From the NCBI GenBank assembly GCA_046056395.1, contig CM100125.1:45077576-45141575 (forward strand): DNA of 64,000 bases. Direction: 5' to 3'. The DNA comes from Mugilogobius chulae (taxonomy: Eukaryota). Below are positions 37,658 to 51,100 of the stretch, piece after piece. How positions within the stretch are numbered: the stretch's first letter is position 1; each line of letters begins with the position of its first letter. Under the pieces are notes generated by a model. The model worked only from the letters and a program-made list of their open reading frames with translations, had not been told where the DNA came from and ran no database searches. The position numbers were made by a program, and so were the translations under genes.

Positions 37658-40600
37658 TATACCTGACTATCTTGTTTTTGCAATGATGATGTATTGCAAA
37701 GAACTTGTTTGGACCTCAGCAACACAAAATATGTCAATACAATTCAGTATTTGCTGCTTTTACAGCAAGTGTTCTTAGTATCCGCTTACAAACCTAATCC
37801 ATCAAATAGGAATCCATGACAACTAACGGACTACGGATGGAAATTAGCACGTTGCTAAATCTGGTGCAGCCATCTTTTTTAATGTAACTGCACATTGTCC
37901 TTTAAACAAATAAATAAATAAATATTACAGGGCACTATACACGTTTCTTTCATGCAGTAAATTGAAATTTGTTTTGTCCCACTGGGTTATAGGGCTGGGT
38001 ATTGCAAAGAGTCCCACAATGCAAAACGATACATACTGATACAATTTCTTATTTCACTTTTTTATAATTCATCCTTCTTCAACTAGAATCTAGTTTCAAT
38101 GCCAGTTCAAGTGTGCATTAGTAGAATTTTGTGACAACTCTAAACTTTTAGCTTCAGAGCTTTTACAAAACTAAGATTTTTTTTTATTTATTTATTTGAC
38201 TGAAGCCCTATATTCAACTTCAACTGTAAACTTCTGAGTGAATAAAAAGTAAATATAAAAAAAGTCAAGTTTCTGTAAAAATAAAAACATACAACATATA
38301 TATTTACCTTTATTTAAATGATTATGGCAATATGAACATATGTCAACAAAAATCGTCAAAAAACTAATGTTGTGAAATGGCTCTAAGGTAATTGTGATAC
38401 AAGTTTTTTTTGGCCGAGTGCCCACCCCTGCTCACAACTAACTAGATTTACTTTACAGCTGACAGCCGGACAGAGACAGAAATGGTATCCAGGATCCCAC
38501 TAAGCATGATAAATAACTTAACTTTGAAGCTGGCCATGGCCTTTAATATGATCCGCAGGGCAGAGATTTATGGCCACATCCGAGCTCCAAAGCACAGTTA
38601 TCAGCCTGCGCCACTAACAATAACTGGCAGAGCAATAAGAGGCAAAAGCAGGTTACAGCCGGTCAAGGCACTTACTCCTTTATGTGAAAGATGTGGTGTG
38701 AAAACAGGCTTGTTCTCTCCTGAGCCCGCAGCAGTGTCTGAGCATAAATGACTCATATGGGAACGAGGTTTATCAATGCAAGAGTCGAGTGTGAAATGTC
38801 CACCAAATGGCACTGATCAGGGAAGACTTAAAAGGATGTTCAGTTTTTTAAGCTAAAAAGTGGCCTGGTGCACAGCTTGAAGACAAAAACAACATTTGCA
38901 TTAGGAATAGACCGATATATTGCCGGCTGATATTTTGGGCAGATATTTCGATTTGTTTGTACATCAGCCATATCAGCTATCGGTCTCAGTTTGGCCGATA
39001 TCTGATCAGGAAGTAGTTTGGGCTTTTCCTCTGTGGGAAGCCACACTCACAGTGATCAGCTGAGTCTTGGTTGGTTTGAAACGAAGACTTCTTTTATCCA
39101 TCTCTCCATTCCTAGTCTGCAGGCTTGATTTTATCATTAACATGACTTTTAAGTTTTATTCTTGTTCTATGACTTTGGCTGCAGCACAAGCTTTAAAAAG
39201 TGCTTGTTTCCTTGTCAATATGAACAATATGAATGTCTTTCATGATGCTACGAAATGATTGTTTCTTCGGCCAAAAAGTATCATTACATTGTGAGACACA
39301 CATGATGTATGGTGGTGAATAATAGTTTAGGTTGAAGGTTTTTCTGGTTATACTATCTCACCCCTGCTATTGATATTGGAATCGCTGACAACATTTTGAA
39401 AGAAACCCCATTTCGGTCCATTTCTAATTTACATTGATTCATAAAGTCAAGACACTCTGCCAAAAAATGCATGATGTAATGATACTTGTAATGTGTCATT
39501 ATTTCAAAACAATTATATTTAATCAGATTTCTTTATTAAAGCATTTCTACTACTGATGGCTCTACGAAATTGCAGCCCACAAAACTGAGACCATCAAATT
39601 TAGTATTTTAGAACAACAACAAACCAAAACAGAATACACACATATCAAATATTGAATTTATCGTGAAATTGTAACATTATTGTATTGTGGGTAGGACAGG
39701 CCAATGGGGGCGGGGCAATAAGGCCTAAATAATAAATAAATGTAATGCCTCATATGCTTTGCAATGAGGCAATAGTGCTCACTCAGCCCTATTTGTGAGC
39801 CATGTACGAGACAACACAAATTTGACCTTGTAATGTCTTGTTTTATTCAACAGCAGACAAGCCTTGTGTTGTGATGCAACAAAATAGAGCTCAACAAGTT
39901 ATTGATTAATTGCAACTAACTGATCATTGGAATACTTGTTGATTAATTTAGAAAATGAATAATCATTTACATCTATACACATCCCCAAAGGCAAATCATG
40001 TGCAGAGAAAGGTTTAAGGTTGAAAAGTTATCTTATTAAAAAGGTGTGTTTTTTGTTGTAAATTATCTTCTCAGGCGACAGTTTCCTTTTAGTCAAAAAA
40101 TAAAATTAACACTATCATTCACAGGCTGAAAAAAAACATTCAATATTTAATATTCAACAAAAGCTTACACACAAAAAATATAAATCTAATAAAAGAATGA
40201 AGAATAATGTGGGGGTATTCAAGCTAAAGAAACTCATCGGTGGCACAAAATAGGTTTGGTCATAATGTGATGCTGCTGCAGCCATCATTTTACAGTAACT
40301 GGTGTTTTTTGGGGTTTTTTCCAATACTGAATCACTTAACTCACACTTAAACTTCACTAGTGTTTACAATATGATGGTGAACTTTGATATCTTACAATGC
40401 ATCCAAACAGAAACAGTAAGTTCTTGGCGAAGGTCTGGTTGTGTTTAAAAATCACATGGAGACGGGTACAGTTTGTTTACAGCGCTGATTCACCGGCTTC
40501 ACTGCGGATGACAACAACACACTGCTCAACTTACATCAGCCGGGTTTGCATTCGGTTCTCCAGTAAGAATCTGATCCTCTCCAACACAGGCAACATGAGG

Positions 40601-43600
40601 AGGCAAATATGTAGAAATAAAAAACAATGCATTAAATTTACGGAACATAGAAATAATAAATAATACATATTTGAGTGTCTTCACTGCACCTCAAAATTAT
40701 AGGAAACTGTGTTCAAACAAAGTCTTGGTCAATTAAGACCGAAGACGTACCCTAACAATCATCTAGTCTAAAATGTGTGTGTTGAACTAAAATGTGACCA
40801 TCAATCTGCTCCAGAAGACTTTTTGTTATTCAGTTTAATCTGCTTTACAGCCTGAGACTGGAACAAGGTTTTTACAGAAGTATAAAACATGTCAAAATTT
40901 GAATTTCTAGGCAAATTTTCATTCAGATCAAGATATCCAAAAAACTAAAAAAGTAAAATATTCCGGCAGTGTTTTGCTTAAAGATTTGTTGAAGCAATTT
41001 GAGCAAAACAAAAAAAAAAAACTAATAAAGGCAGCTTAGCCCAATGATTCAATCCAAATCTTCAGCTAACTACAGTAGTTCGTTTTTTGTTGTGGTTCTA
41101 TAATAATGCTTAAAATCTTAAGAAAAACATATTTTCGATAATCACATTTTGGAATTGTAGAATAAAGATGGTGATGCAAAGTGGGGAAACCAGAATAAGG
41201 CAGTTACGGGTAACTATTTGCATGTAAAGTGCTAAAATCGCAAATGCACTGCTCAGTTTGGGTTATGTCATATCACCATATCTTACATCATGATAAATGA
41301 GCGACTGATAAGACATTTGGATGTAATCCCATGCGCAGTTCAGCAGATTTTCCACTCAGCTGCAAGGAGAAGCAGGCAGAGATCATGGCTATTTGCTACC
41401 GCTAAAGCTAAAGCCTAGAGCAAAGTAAACACTGTGGAGGCCCAACAGAGGCTAAAACAACTAATAATGAAGAATAAGTACAGTGTATTTAGTTACTCAT
41501 CACATAAAAAACACAGATGAACAACTGTCTAGTATATGATGTGATTGCAATTTTTTTTCCTTTTTTCAAGATAAAAATGCCCAATTTTAGCTGAAACAAT
41601 CAAGCAAATAATGTAACAAAATTGTCCTTGTGAATGTATCAGCATCAAATGATCTCAATTTAACCAATTTTGGAAGTACTAGTTTAAAGTTATCATCTCG
41701 CTGGATGTAAATCCTGTGCTCAATTAAAACAGCCAGGATAATACGTGCATCCAATTTACCAAATCCAGATCACTGTTGGAGATTAGCGCTACATTCATCT
41801 GCTCCACAACATGGCCTAAAGCTCCAGCACACAAACGTCATCCCTTTGTGAAAAGTTGGATAGTACTTTTCAAATGTTGTGGAGTTACAATTCTCCAAAA
41901 AAGGCTAAAATAGCAGAATGACCTTTGTTCTGTCTAAAGCTTTTATAAGACTATTAATGGTGTGAACTTGTGAGCGCAGAACTGGCTCACCGTGGGGCTG
42001 GTGGTAAAGGTGAAATTATTACCAGTCGCGGTACTTTTCCTCAGGACATTTTCAGAGCTTCATTTTCCGGAGGCTGCTTGAACCCTGGTCCTCACAGCAC
42101 AAAGTGATCATTTTCTCAACAGCTGAGGTAGAAACACAAGTAGAAAGAGAGGATGTACATTTGCTGCCTGCAATACAAATACCTCGGCACACAAAGAGCT
42201 TACATTAGCATAAAACTAATTTCAACGCCTAAAAAAGTATTATTCAGCTGTCACCACTCATATCTCCAAATGATTTTGGTAAAGCTGGCAAAAAGTGAAG
42301 TGTTCTATCAGAAGCTAGGCTGCCAGCAAAATGGAGTGCTAAAGAAAGCAGCAAAGATCTAGAGTAGACTCGTCATTAAAACTAAAATCGATATATTGCA
42401 TTAATAATAGCATTAGTCAACCAAATTTAGTTTAAGTTCACTTATTATTATTAAGATCAAAGTGCTCTTGATAGAATGAGTAAGTAGAAGTGCAGAAAGT
42501 GACTGGACATTATAAGTTGTTTCCCAGTTCTCTGTAGGAGCCGTTGTGTTTCATGTTGTAATATTTTGTAATCTTTTATCAGCATACATGCACAAAATCA
42601 AACTTACAAACTATGAAAGCTAAATATTTTTGTCAAGAGAATAGAAACATGCCAAAAAAAATGAGATAACTTAAAACTGTATACAGTACATAGGCTTAAA
42701 TCCAACTCAGTGTTCATTTGGATACTACTATTAAACCATTTTTTATTACATATTGTTAATGTTCTTCAAACAACAAAAAATATAAATAATAAGAGTTAAT
42801 AATGAGTCATGAAAGTAATGCATTTGAATCTACAGACTAATCTATCCTTTCATCTTTCATTATGTAGCCACTGTTCCAGAATTAAAAGCAAAGTAAAAAA
42901 AAAAGTTATGGAAAAATGTGTTCTATAATTGTAAATATAAAAACAATTGACGCCTCTGTAAACTAATTGACAAACCAGTTTACACAGTAGTTACAAAAGG
43001 TGCAGCAGTATATTAGTAATTGGATGTTAAACAGTATAAACAGACCTGAACAAATATGACCGAGTGGAATTTTTTATGGTCAGACTGAACATATGTTTCT
43101 TTTGCAACATGAGTAACTTTCCAAAAACAAGCCTGTCATTCTCAAAAGACTCCTCAGAAAACAGGCAGCAAACATCCTCCTTAAATCCACCCTGTATTTA
43201 GGAAAACAAACCTCCTTCAACTACTTAAGTCGCACTTCATCCTCACGTCTTCTGGACAACAATAATTACATTATTCCAAGCAGGACGCAGCTCGGCGCAG
43301 CTTTCAAGGCAGACAAATGATAAGGCCCCGCAGGGAACAGGGAGGCAACACTGAGGAGAGTGCCTGAGAAATTGCTTTTACCACCTTTTCTCAGGCAGAA
43401 CTCAAAACTCACGCCCTCCCACACCAGCACGCAGAGACCTTTCGTATTAAATTATAACTTACCACCAACTGTTCGGCTTTGAGAGCATTTTATTTTCCTA
43501 TACGTCTTTGTCGTGCTAAACTTACTGTAGAAAAATGTCCTTGGAACTGTATGTGCAAAGTAATTCTAACAAAAGAACACCACTTGAACCACTTGGAAGA

Positions 43601-45009
43601 ATCCTGATAACCACAGCTTTGCATGGAATATCTGTGTGACCCATTTGGCTTCAAAGCAACTGCTGGAAAAAGAGGCTGGAATAAAGAGGCTGGACACTTT
43701 TTCGACTAGCAATATTTCTCAAACCTGTATATTTACCAAATTATTAATTAATCTGATGTTAAGGTAAAGATAGAACAGCTGAATAAGGTACTTTTTGAAC
43801 AAATCTCAAATGACAAATAAGGAGGAAAAAAGAATGTAATCTCCTGCACCATGGAATACATGAGATAATTCTTAGGGCATGCTAAAAATCATACTTTGCC
43901 GATTATACTGTTAAAAATAAAATTATAAGTCATGGTGGGCCTAGATACAATATTAATATTTTTATTAACCTTATTAAATCGTGCAAATTTAATTTCAATC
44001 ACAATTTTGGCCTCAAAGTTTTTACTTAACTTTTAATGATTTTGTTTTATTTATATCACTGCTTTTTGGAACTACAGCTTCTCAAAATGTGTAACTCACC
44101 ACCATTGAACCCCTTTTCTCCAAGCCAAATAAAATCTCACAATTTTGGATGTGTGCACAATCTTGTAGCAAATGTCCGGTATCTCTTGAGATTTTGAGAC
44201 AAGAGATCTTGTCCCATTGGTTAGGATTTATTAAAGCTTGGTATTCATTCAGTATTTCCAGTGGAAGACACTTGAGACAGCACAACTTAAAACTAACCCA
44301 GAGAGAGACAAAGGCTAAAATTGTTGTTGTTTTTTCTCCTCGTTTTGTAGCAGATTTGAGAGCTATAACTTTTCAAATATCCTGGGTTTTCTGAGGTCAA
44401 CAATGACAATGTTCCAAGAAAAAAAAGATCTCAGCTTATGTGACAGCATAAACCAGCAGAAAGGTGCCTTAACATCCAACAGAAATGGGAGCTAGACTGT
44501 AGAGATTGACAAGAAAACACATAAAACACATCACCCGCTTCACACCTGCACATGCAGCAGCAGCAGACCAAGAATGTGACGCGGCATAGCCAGACTTTTC
44601 AGACCAGGGAAAAAACTAAGGATTTCATCATTTGTTCAAGATTGATTCTTGCATACAAATTTTCTTACTTGTAAAAAGCTGAGTCAGTAGCATTTTTACT
44701 GTTGTCATTGGATTGTTATATCTCATGACTTGAAGCAAAATATTCCATTTCTGCAGGTGGTGGTTCAATAAATAGTGAAAGTGCTTAGGTGTAGCACAAT
44801 ATTTATCCAATGGAAAGCTACAACACTCTTCAGTTGACTGTTGCAGTTGTTGTAATTGTAATTGCAATATCAAAAAATTAAAATGTATGTATATTTTGTT
44901 TTCCTATGCAATCACACTACAAACCAAGTCTTATTTGTAACTCTCAGGGGTCTTTTAGTCTTTTGACCTTTAAAACTTGAAACACAGCTAACAAAGAATG
45001 TTTGCTTAC

Positions 45010-45322
45010 CTATGTCTGGTCTCATCGTGTCCTCCTTGTCCATGTATGACAACTTGTCCCGAGGCATGTTTGCCCTCTTTTGGGGAGTCGATGTGTGGGA
45101 TAAGCACGTCCTCCAGGCCCAGATCAAAGCGCTTATGCTTAGAGTTGTCCGGGAGGAAGAAAAGGCCCCGAAACATAACGTAATGAAGGCACTGAGAATG
45201 AGCAGCAGGATGAATTTCTCCGAGAGCCTGAGTGTAGCCCTGTGGTGGGGAAACGAGGAGGTGCCCGTCGAGAGGGTGGGTATCCTGCGGCCAGATAGTG
45301 GCAGGAGGGCTGGAGTGGTCAT
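45010..45322 (-). CDS. man1a2: man1a2 exon 1, coding part (Golgi alpha-1,2-mannosidase IB, GH47), with an internal 1-nt frame disruption
   Basis: The ATG at 45322-45320 has a reasonable context. The translation MTTPALLPLSGRRIPTLSTGTSSFPHHRATLRLSEKFILLLILSAFITLCFGA matches the cytoplasmic tail and signal-anchor TM of vertebrate MAN1A2. After a 1-nt shift the neighbouring frame reads FFLPDNSKHKRFDLGLEDVLIPHIDSPKEGKHASGQVVIHGQGGHDETRH, matching the next MAN1A2 segment. The exon ends at a consensus donor CATAG|GTAAGC (plus-strand gcttac at 45004-45009). Confidence 0.8.
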
Positions 45323-46439
45323 GTTTTACACTCTAGACGTGAACTTGGCTCGGGGAGGGGTTAGGGGTCACAGGGAGTGGGTCTAACACTGCCACAGGTG
45401 TTTTAGTAGCAGCATTCACAGTCTGAGCCACGTTATTATCTCATGCCAGCAGTAATAAATCCAGAAACAGGGTATAAGCAGGGCTGTAGTCCCTCAGTGA
45501 TGGAGATCAACAGCACAACTGTCATGGTGAATCTGAAAACAGCACAAAAACTATATTAGCTATGAAGCGAAAAACAAATTCTCTAAAATTATTGAAAGAT
45601 AAAATGGTACTTTTGTAAGGTAAGATTTCCTGCTTAGTCATAATGAGTGCAGTAAATTTCTATGCAAATAGTATGAAAGAACTACAAAACCATGAAAGTA
45701 ACATTAAAAATCAAGTTCGTCACAAAAGGCTGCTTACATTCTACTTAAACAAGCACAGTTGATAGAGTACACTTGCAAATCTACGATGATTACTATTCAA
45801 TTGCATAATCGAGTCATTACTTCTATCGCAGGCTCAATATGATGCAGAAAAACAACCTGTTTGGTAGTTGCAGCCAAAGTGATGGATTTCCAGCTTTAGC
45901 ATATGGTCAGATCTACTGTATCGTGTTTAATTTTCACTACAGGGCAAAAAGCTTACTGGAAAATCCGCGCTGATTCGCCCTGTTACCTTAGGATAGGAAA
46001 TGAAATATGCTTCTGCTCTGCATCTGCTCAGACGAAGATGTCTTTTAAGAGCTCCCTTTAAAAAGAGGAGGTCGTGTAAATTACCTTTGGGTCAATTCCC
46101 CAGTGGCAATTCTACAGAAAGCCGTATTTCAGCCCGGGATTGTTTTTGCAGTAGTTTCCCACCGAGACTGCGCTGCTATGATGTGTCCACACTGAATACC
46201 AAGTTCATTCTCTGACAGTAGCAGTCTGTGAGATGATGATTAGCCCATACATAATGCTAGCTAACAACAACAAGAGGCTAACCAAACAAGCTTTTTTGTA
46301 AGCTACGGTAAACCCTGATCTGTCAACTCATAAGAACGCAAAAGGATAAGCAACCAAACCAGGCTAATAAGTCAGCTCAGAGACATTTTAGCATCCAGCA
46401 TCGGAGCTCCGGTGTTAGCTATTAGCATATGTGGCTAAT

Positions 46440-46800
46440 GCTAGCTAGCTGGTTATCAATTGACAGAGGCGGTCTCTCGCTGCATCACCTCCTTTCTCAT
46501 TTGCTCGGTGAAATGGGAGAAATGCGTTGCTCGTCAGGGATCCCGATCCACCGTCTGGAAGAACTGGCTGTAGCAACTGTCCTCATATCCGTAAATGTTA
46601 TAATGTCCGCGGAGAGCGCTGTCAGATCAGAGCCACAAAATCGTGGAACTCCGCGGACGTCGAGCGCAGCGAGTGGCCGCACTATCGGACTGCTGCGGCG
46701 GACTGTGACTGACGAGAGCTGCCGCTGCTCGGAGCTCTGGATCAACTACTCCGCCTGCGTCCAGGGAGCGTCTCACAATTACCATGCGCACCACCATTTA
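46440..46800 (-). promoter_or_regulatory. CpG island, probable man1a2 promoter / 5' UTR region
   Basis: CpG density is markedly elevated (many CGs, e.g. ccgcggacgtcgagcgcagcgagtggccgc) against a CpG-depleted background. It lies about 1.1-1.5 kb upstream of the man1a2 ATG on the transcribed side. All six frames are open, which is composition rather than coding. Confidence 0.4.
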
Positions 46801-47016
46801 CATTTCCTCACTGGATTTAGTCCAGTTATTATTGCCATGTTCTCATCCCAGTAAGATAGTATAGCCAATTTTACACATCTACATAGAAACACATTCAAAA
46901 TAAAAACATAAGATTTTCCTATGCCACAAACTCAAAGCAAGCTTACATATGCCTTGAGTTTGTGTCCACATAAATAATGAAAATTCATTGTAAAATTACC
47001 AATTGAATATGTTATT

Positions 47017-47050
47017 ATAGTAGTAATAGTTATTATTATTTATTATTATA

Positions 47051-47088
<38 letters not shown>

Positions 47089-47112
47089 TAGTAGTAGTAG
47101 TAGTAGTAGCTA
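47017..47112. repeat. compound microsatellite (TTA)n-(TAG)n
   Basis: ttattattatttattattata tagtagtagtag... about 20 TAG units. Confidence 0.95.
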
Positions 47113-48175
47113 GTGTTCCCAATATTTCACATTTGTTTAAAAAAAAAAAAGTGTCTAGGGTCAAAGGGCTATATCTAAAAATGGGCCTATAGTTATTTCT
47201 CACCCTCAATACAATATGTGACTTTAGTTTGGATACCCTATTTATTTCCCAAATTGTGTTTTTGGCTAGCTTAGTGCATCAACAGTGAAATCGCAGGTGT
47301 ACTCAACTTTATTAAAGCCAGGTTTAAAGAAAGCTCCTTTTAGGACTTGACAGTGTTCCATCTTTCTCGCAGCACAAAACACTGTCCTCAATAGACAGGT
47401 GTCACTTCTGCTTTTCCTTTTGGCCATACTCCCAGTTTTAGTCCTGCCTGGCCCTTTCTCTACCTGAAAGCAGTAATTTGTTAGAAACCTCAATGATGAC
47501 ACTTCCTCAGCTGTTATGCAATGGTTGTGGCCAATGTAGCGGGTTACCAAAAATTGTCTGTAATGCCTTTTAAAGCCTATGCCCCTTTACATGGTTGAGA
47601 AACAAATGATCTGATCCAGAAAGGCCGGACTGATGTGGCATGAAAATACAAATAAAGATGTGTACTTTTCACCTTTATTGCATATGGGTTAACACATACA
47701 AATATCTGCTCAAAATATTAGCACCACTAATGGATTAATTAATCAAACTATTGGCATTTTATTATTTCTTTGTTTTAACCTCTCAACCTTTATGATAACA
47801 GCTGTCGTGAAAAGAACTGGAAAAAGGTGAAAGCACTGTGCTCATATACCATTTTTCTATATCTGTCTGTACATTTATTTGATTTGACTTCATTACATTT
47901 TAAATTGGGTAACTGTACTTTTTACCTCACTACATTATTTAATTGAACTTCAAAGCAAACAGACTTGATGGCTTAAAAAACAGGAGAATACCAAAATAAA
48001 ATTTGACAAATTCCCTGTCTCAGATATATTGTATGTAGACTTCTTTTACTTAAATAGATTTTTGTATGTGCATACAAATACCCTTCTGTATTTGAAATTT
48101 TACTTAAGGAACAGAATTGAGCATTTTTTCACCACTTGATTGTGACAGAATCAAATATAAAATCATGCACTGTAC

Positions 48176-48197
48176 TTTTTTTTTTTTTTTTTTTTTT
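48176..48197. repeat. poly(T) tract (about 22 T). Other homopolymer and T-rich tracts are at 7261-7273 (C13), 14056-14069 and 57845-57895
   Basis: Homopolymer read directly. Confidence 0.9.
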
Positions 48198-51100
48198 AGA
48201 AACCTCCTAAAATCTGATTTTAACTGCTTATCTCTTCTTCTGAGACAACATTTTTTCCCTATTATTTCAGATTATGAGGACAAACAACTAAAGTTAACCA
48301 AAAAGTTTACAGTTTCTTTTTATGTTTTGTTCCTGCCGTAAAAACACTTCATAAACCAAAGCTCTGGAGGCTGTTTGTCTACACTCCCACACACCTCACT
48401 GCGCTTGTCCTCGACAGGTAATCTATCAAGGGATAACGTCCAGACATAAACACATCCATGGCTTTTTGCTGAGCGCAGACAAAGACTTGCCATGTCCATC
48501 ATGATCCAGTCCTTGAGTCGCCTCGAGCTTGGCCTTCACCACAGTGGCAACAACAGGGCAAGAGGGGCACTGTGATTTACAGTTTGCCCCTCAGTGAGTG
48601 AATTAGTGCTCAAGTCCAGTGAGGCTCCACCGTGCAGCTCTGCAAGAGGCACCACACAAGAACCAAAGAGCTGAGCAGACACAAAAACAGTGACAGACTC
48701 AGGAAATAGGAGGGTGGCTGTCAGCTGCTTCAATGCATTTTTGATAATCATTGTCACTGGGTTGGTTATTGGACTGAGAAAGAATTCATCATACATTACA
48801 CACAAAAGCAAAACGCTCAAGTTTATGGGTTGGAAAATCAAAATGTCAGAAAAAAACAAGGAGGTAGATACTGAAATTGCTTTGCTGACCTTGTATGCCT
48901 TATATTTATGTATCTCTACAGTTTAGATCCATGACAGTGCAAGTGCGGAGATCATTTTACTTAACTGATGGCAGTTATGACAATGAAGGAAATGTTTGTT
49001 GATTAGTAAATACTATCAAATCATTTACTATTGATTAGGTCATGATATCCTAATCATTTGCTCACATTTGTAAATGATTTGTATTGGTCATATATTGTAA
49101 ATGTGATTCAAGGTCTCTGTTGCAGGTGAGTCCTGGGAGAGTTTGACAACAAAGTGTGAAAATCCATACGTTTAAAGTTGGAGTAACCAAAATTTTTATT
49201 GTAAATTAGTACATTTTGGTTTTCCACAATAAAAGTGTATAATAAATGCAGCTCTTTGTGAAATAAACAAGACCCCTGGGTACTGTTTGAATTGAATAAT
49301 AAAGAATTTTAGTTCTAATCAGGAGTCAAATTTGTCTGATTGTCTGAGCTTGGGTGGTCCTCTCCAGTTTCACTTTGTTGTTAGTAAAAACACATTAATT
49401 GACCATAATTGCAAACAAAATGAATATATGCTGATATTAACCATGTGTTAAAGAATTTATGAGAGGAAGTTGTCAGATTAAACACCCAAATTGTGTTTGC
49501 TGTGTAAAAATTAACTACCCCACCTTTAAGACCCGACTCCGGCAATGAAATGACTGTAGGCTAGCTTTCTTTTTTTCTTTTTGCAATATGATAAAGCTTT
49601 TTATCAGATTAAAACAAAACAAACTGATATAATCAAAAGCCAGACAAATGTTTTATTGTTTGTTTTTTGTTTTGTTGTTGTGTTGTCCAAAGCTCAGTAT
49701 TAAAAGTTTAGATATAAGTATAGTACAATGTACTATTTTGTACTGCCAGTATTGACCACACCTACAGTATTTTATAAAGCTTGAGATTGGGCTGCCTCTT
49801 TAATGTTAAACCAATAGAAATTTAAAATGATCTGTAGAGCCTGGAAAGGCGCATCAAAAAAACAAACAAACAAGAGAACTAAACTTCCCCGGAGAAGCCT
49901 ATATAAGCAACTTCACTGCTTCTCTCTCTCTTTCTCTGACACATAGACCTACTGTTGGCCCGGAGCCCAGTCTGAATGGTCCCTTATAGTCAAGTCTAGT
50001 CTGGCATGGTACAGTACAATACAGTATAGTACTGTACAGTAGCATAGTAAACCATGTTAGTTCTTATCCCTCCTTCAAATCACAAATCCTGAGAAGATGA
50101 CTGGAGCTGTAACAACCTGAACGAGCCAAGTCACATGTTCTGAGTCACAGTTTGTCAGTGCAAGTGTAAAATACAAAGCTGTTGTCTATCGGGCCAGTAC
50201 AAGGACAGTCCTCACCTCTGGCTCTCGGTAGAGAAGAGTGCTTCAAGAAATGTGTGTCTCAAGTGTCAATCCCACGGTCTGGTGCCCCTAACTGCATATA
50301 GCCCCCACAAGTGTGCTAGTATTGGCTCAGTTATGTGACATTGTACCTAATGGTGCAGCAGAGCGTTTCTTTTTTACTCCACCACCATCATCATCAGGGT
50401 TTTTGAAGAGAAGGAGGCGTGATGAGAAGATAAACAGGGAATTGTCCACATGGATGCGTCTTTTTCCAATTTAAGGCTTGCATGCTGACTTGTTGCTGCA
50501 GTTTCAAGTTCTTTTGCCAGCACAAACTCATAGCAACTTCTACTTTAAAGTCTACACTGCAGGGTTTTTACATGTTTTGTTTGTTTGTTTGTTTTGTCTC
50601 CATTGGTCTAGAGACATCTTTTAAATAACGGCAAGATAATTCATTTGCAAATACTGAATGTATCATTACCAGTTAGATAAACATGTTACTGATGCATTAA
50701 AGAATGTTGAATATTCTGTATATTGTTTTGAGATCAGTTTTAGACACATTTCACATTTTTATCAAACTGAAACCTCAACTATCTCAACCATAACATCTTA
50801 TTGAACAAAATTGCCTTCTGTAACTTTTTAGTTATGTTTATACACTTAACAAACATACTTGCATATTTTATCTCATTCACATCTAAAGCTGTAAATGCTC
50901 AGTTTCGTGTGACATCAGAAAATTTAAGTAAATAATAAGATTTAGTCTCCATTGTTCTAGGCTATTTAGAATACGCATACGCAGCGGCCTTTATTCTATC
51001 TTTTGTTCATTTGAAATAGCCATAGAATGTATTGAATGTATCTTAACACCTAATGACATCACAAGGTGGAAATAGAACACAGCCTAAACATGCTAAATTA

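Noticed and set aside
42040-42135. Plus-strand segment flanked by acceptor-like ttttcag and donor-like GCTGAG|gtagaaac with one open frame
   Set aside because: No homology, single short segment, antisense to man1a2 intron. It is not supportable as an exon from sequence alone.
44998-45386. Plus-strand ORFs 45012-45386 (124 aa) and 44998-45183 opposite man1a2 exon 1
   Set aside because: They are antisense to a GC-rich, well-identified coding exon. An apparent acceptor (tttccccaccacag) on the minus strand at about 45240 is simply coding sequence (SSFPHHRA).
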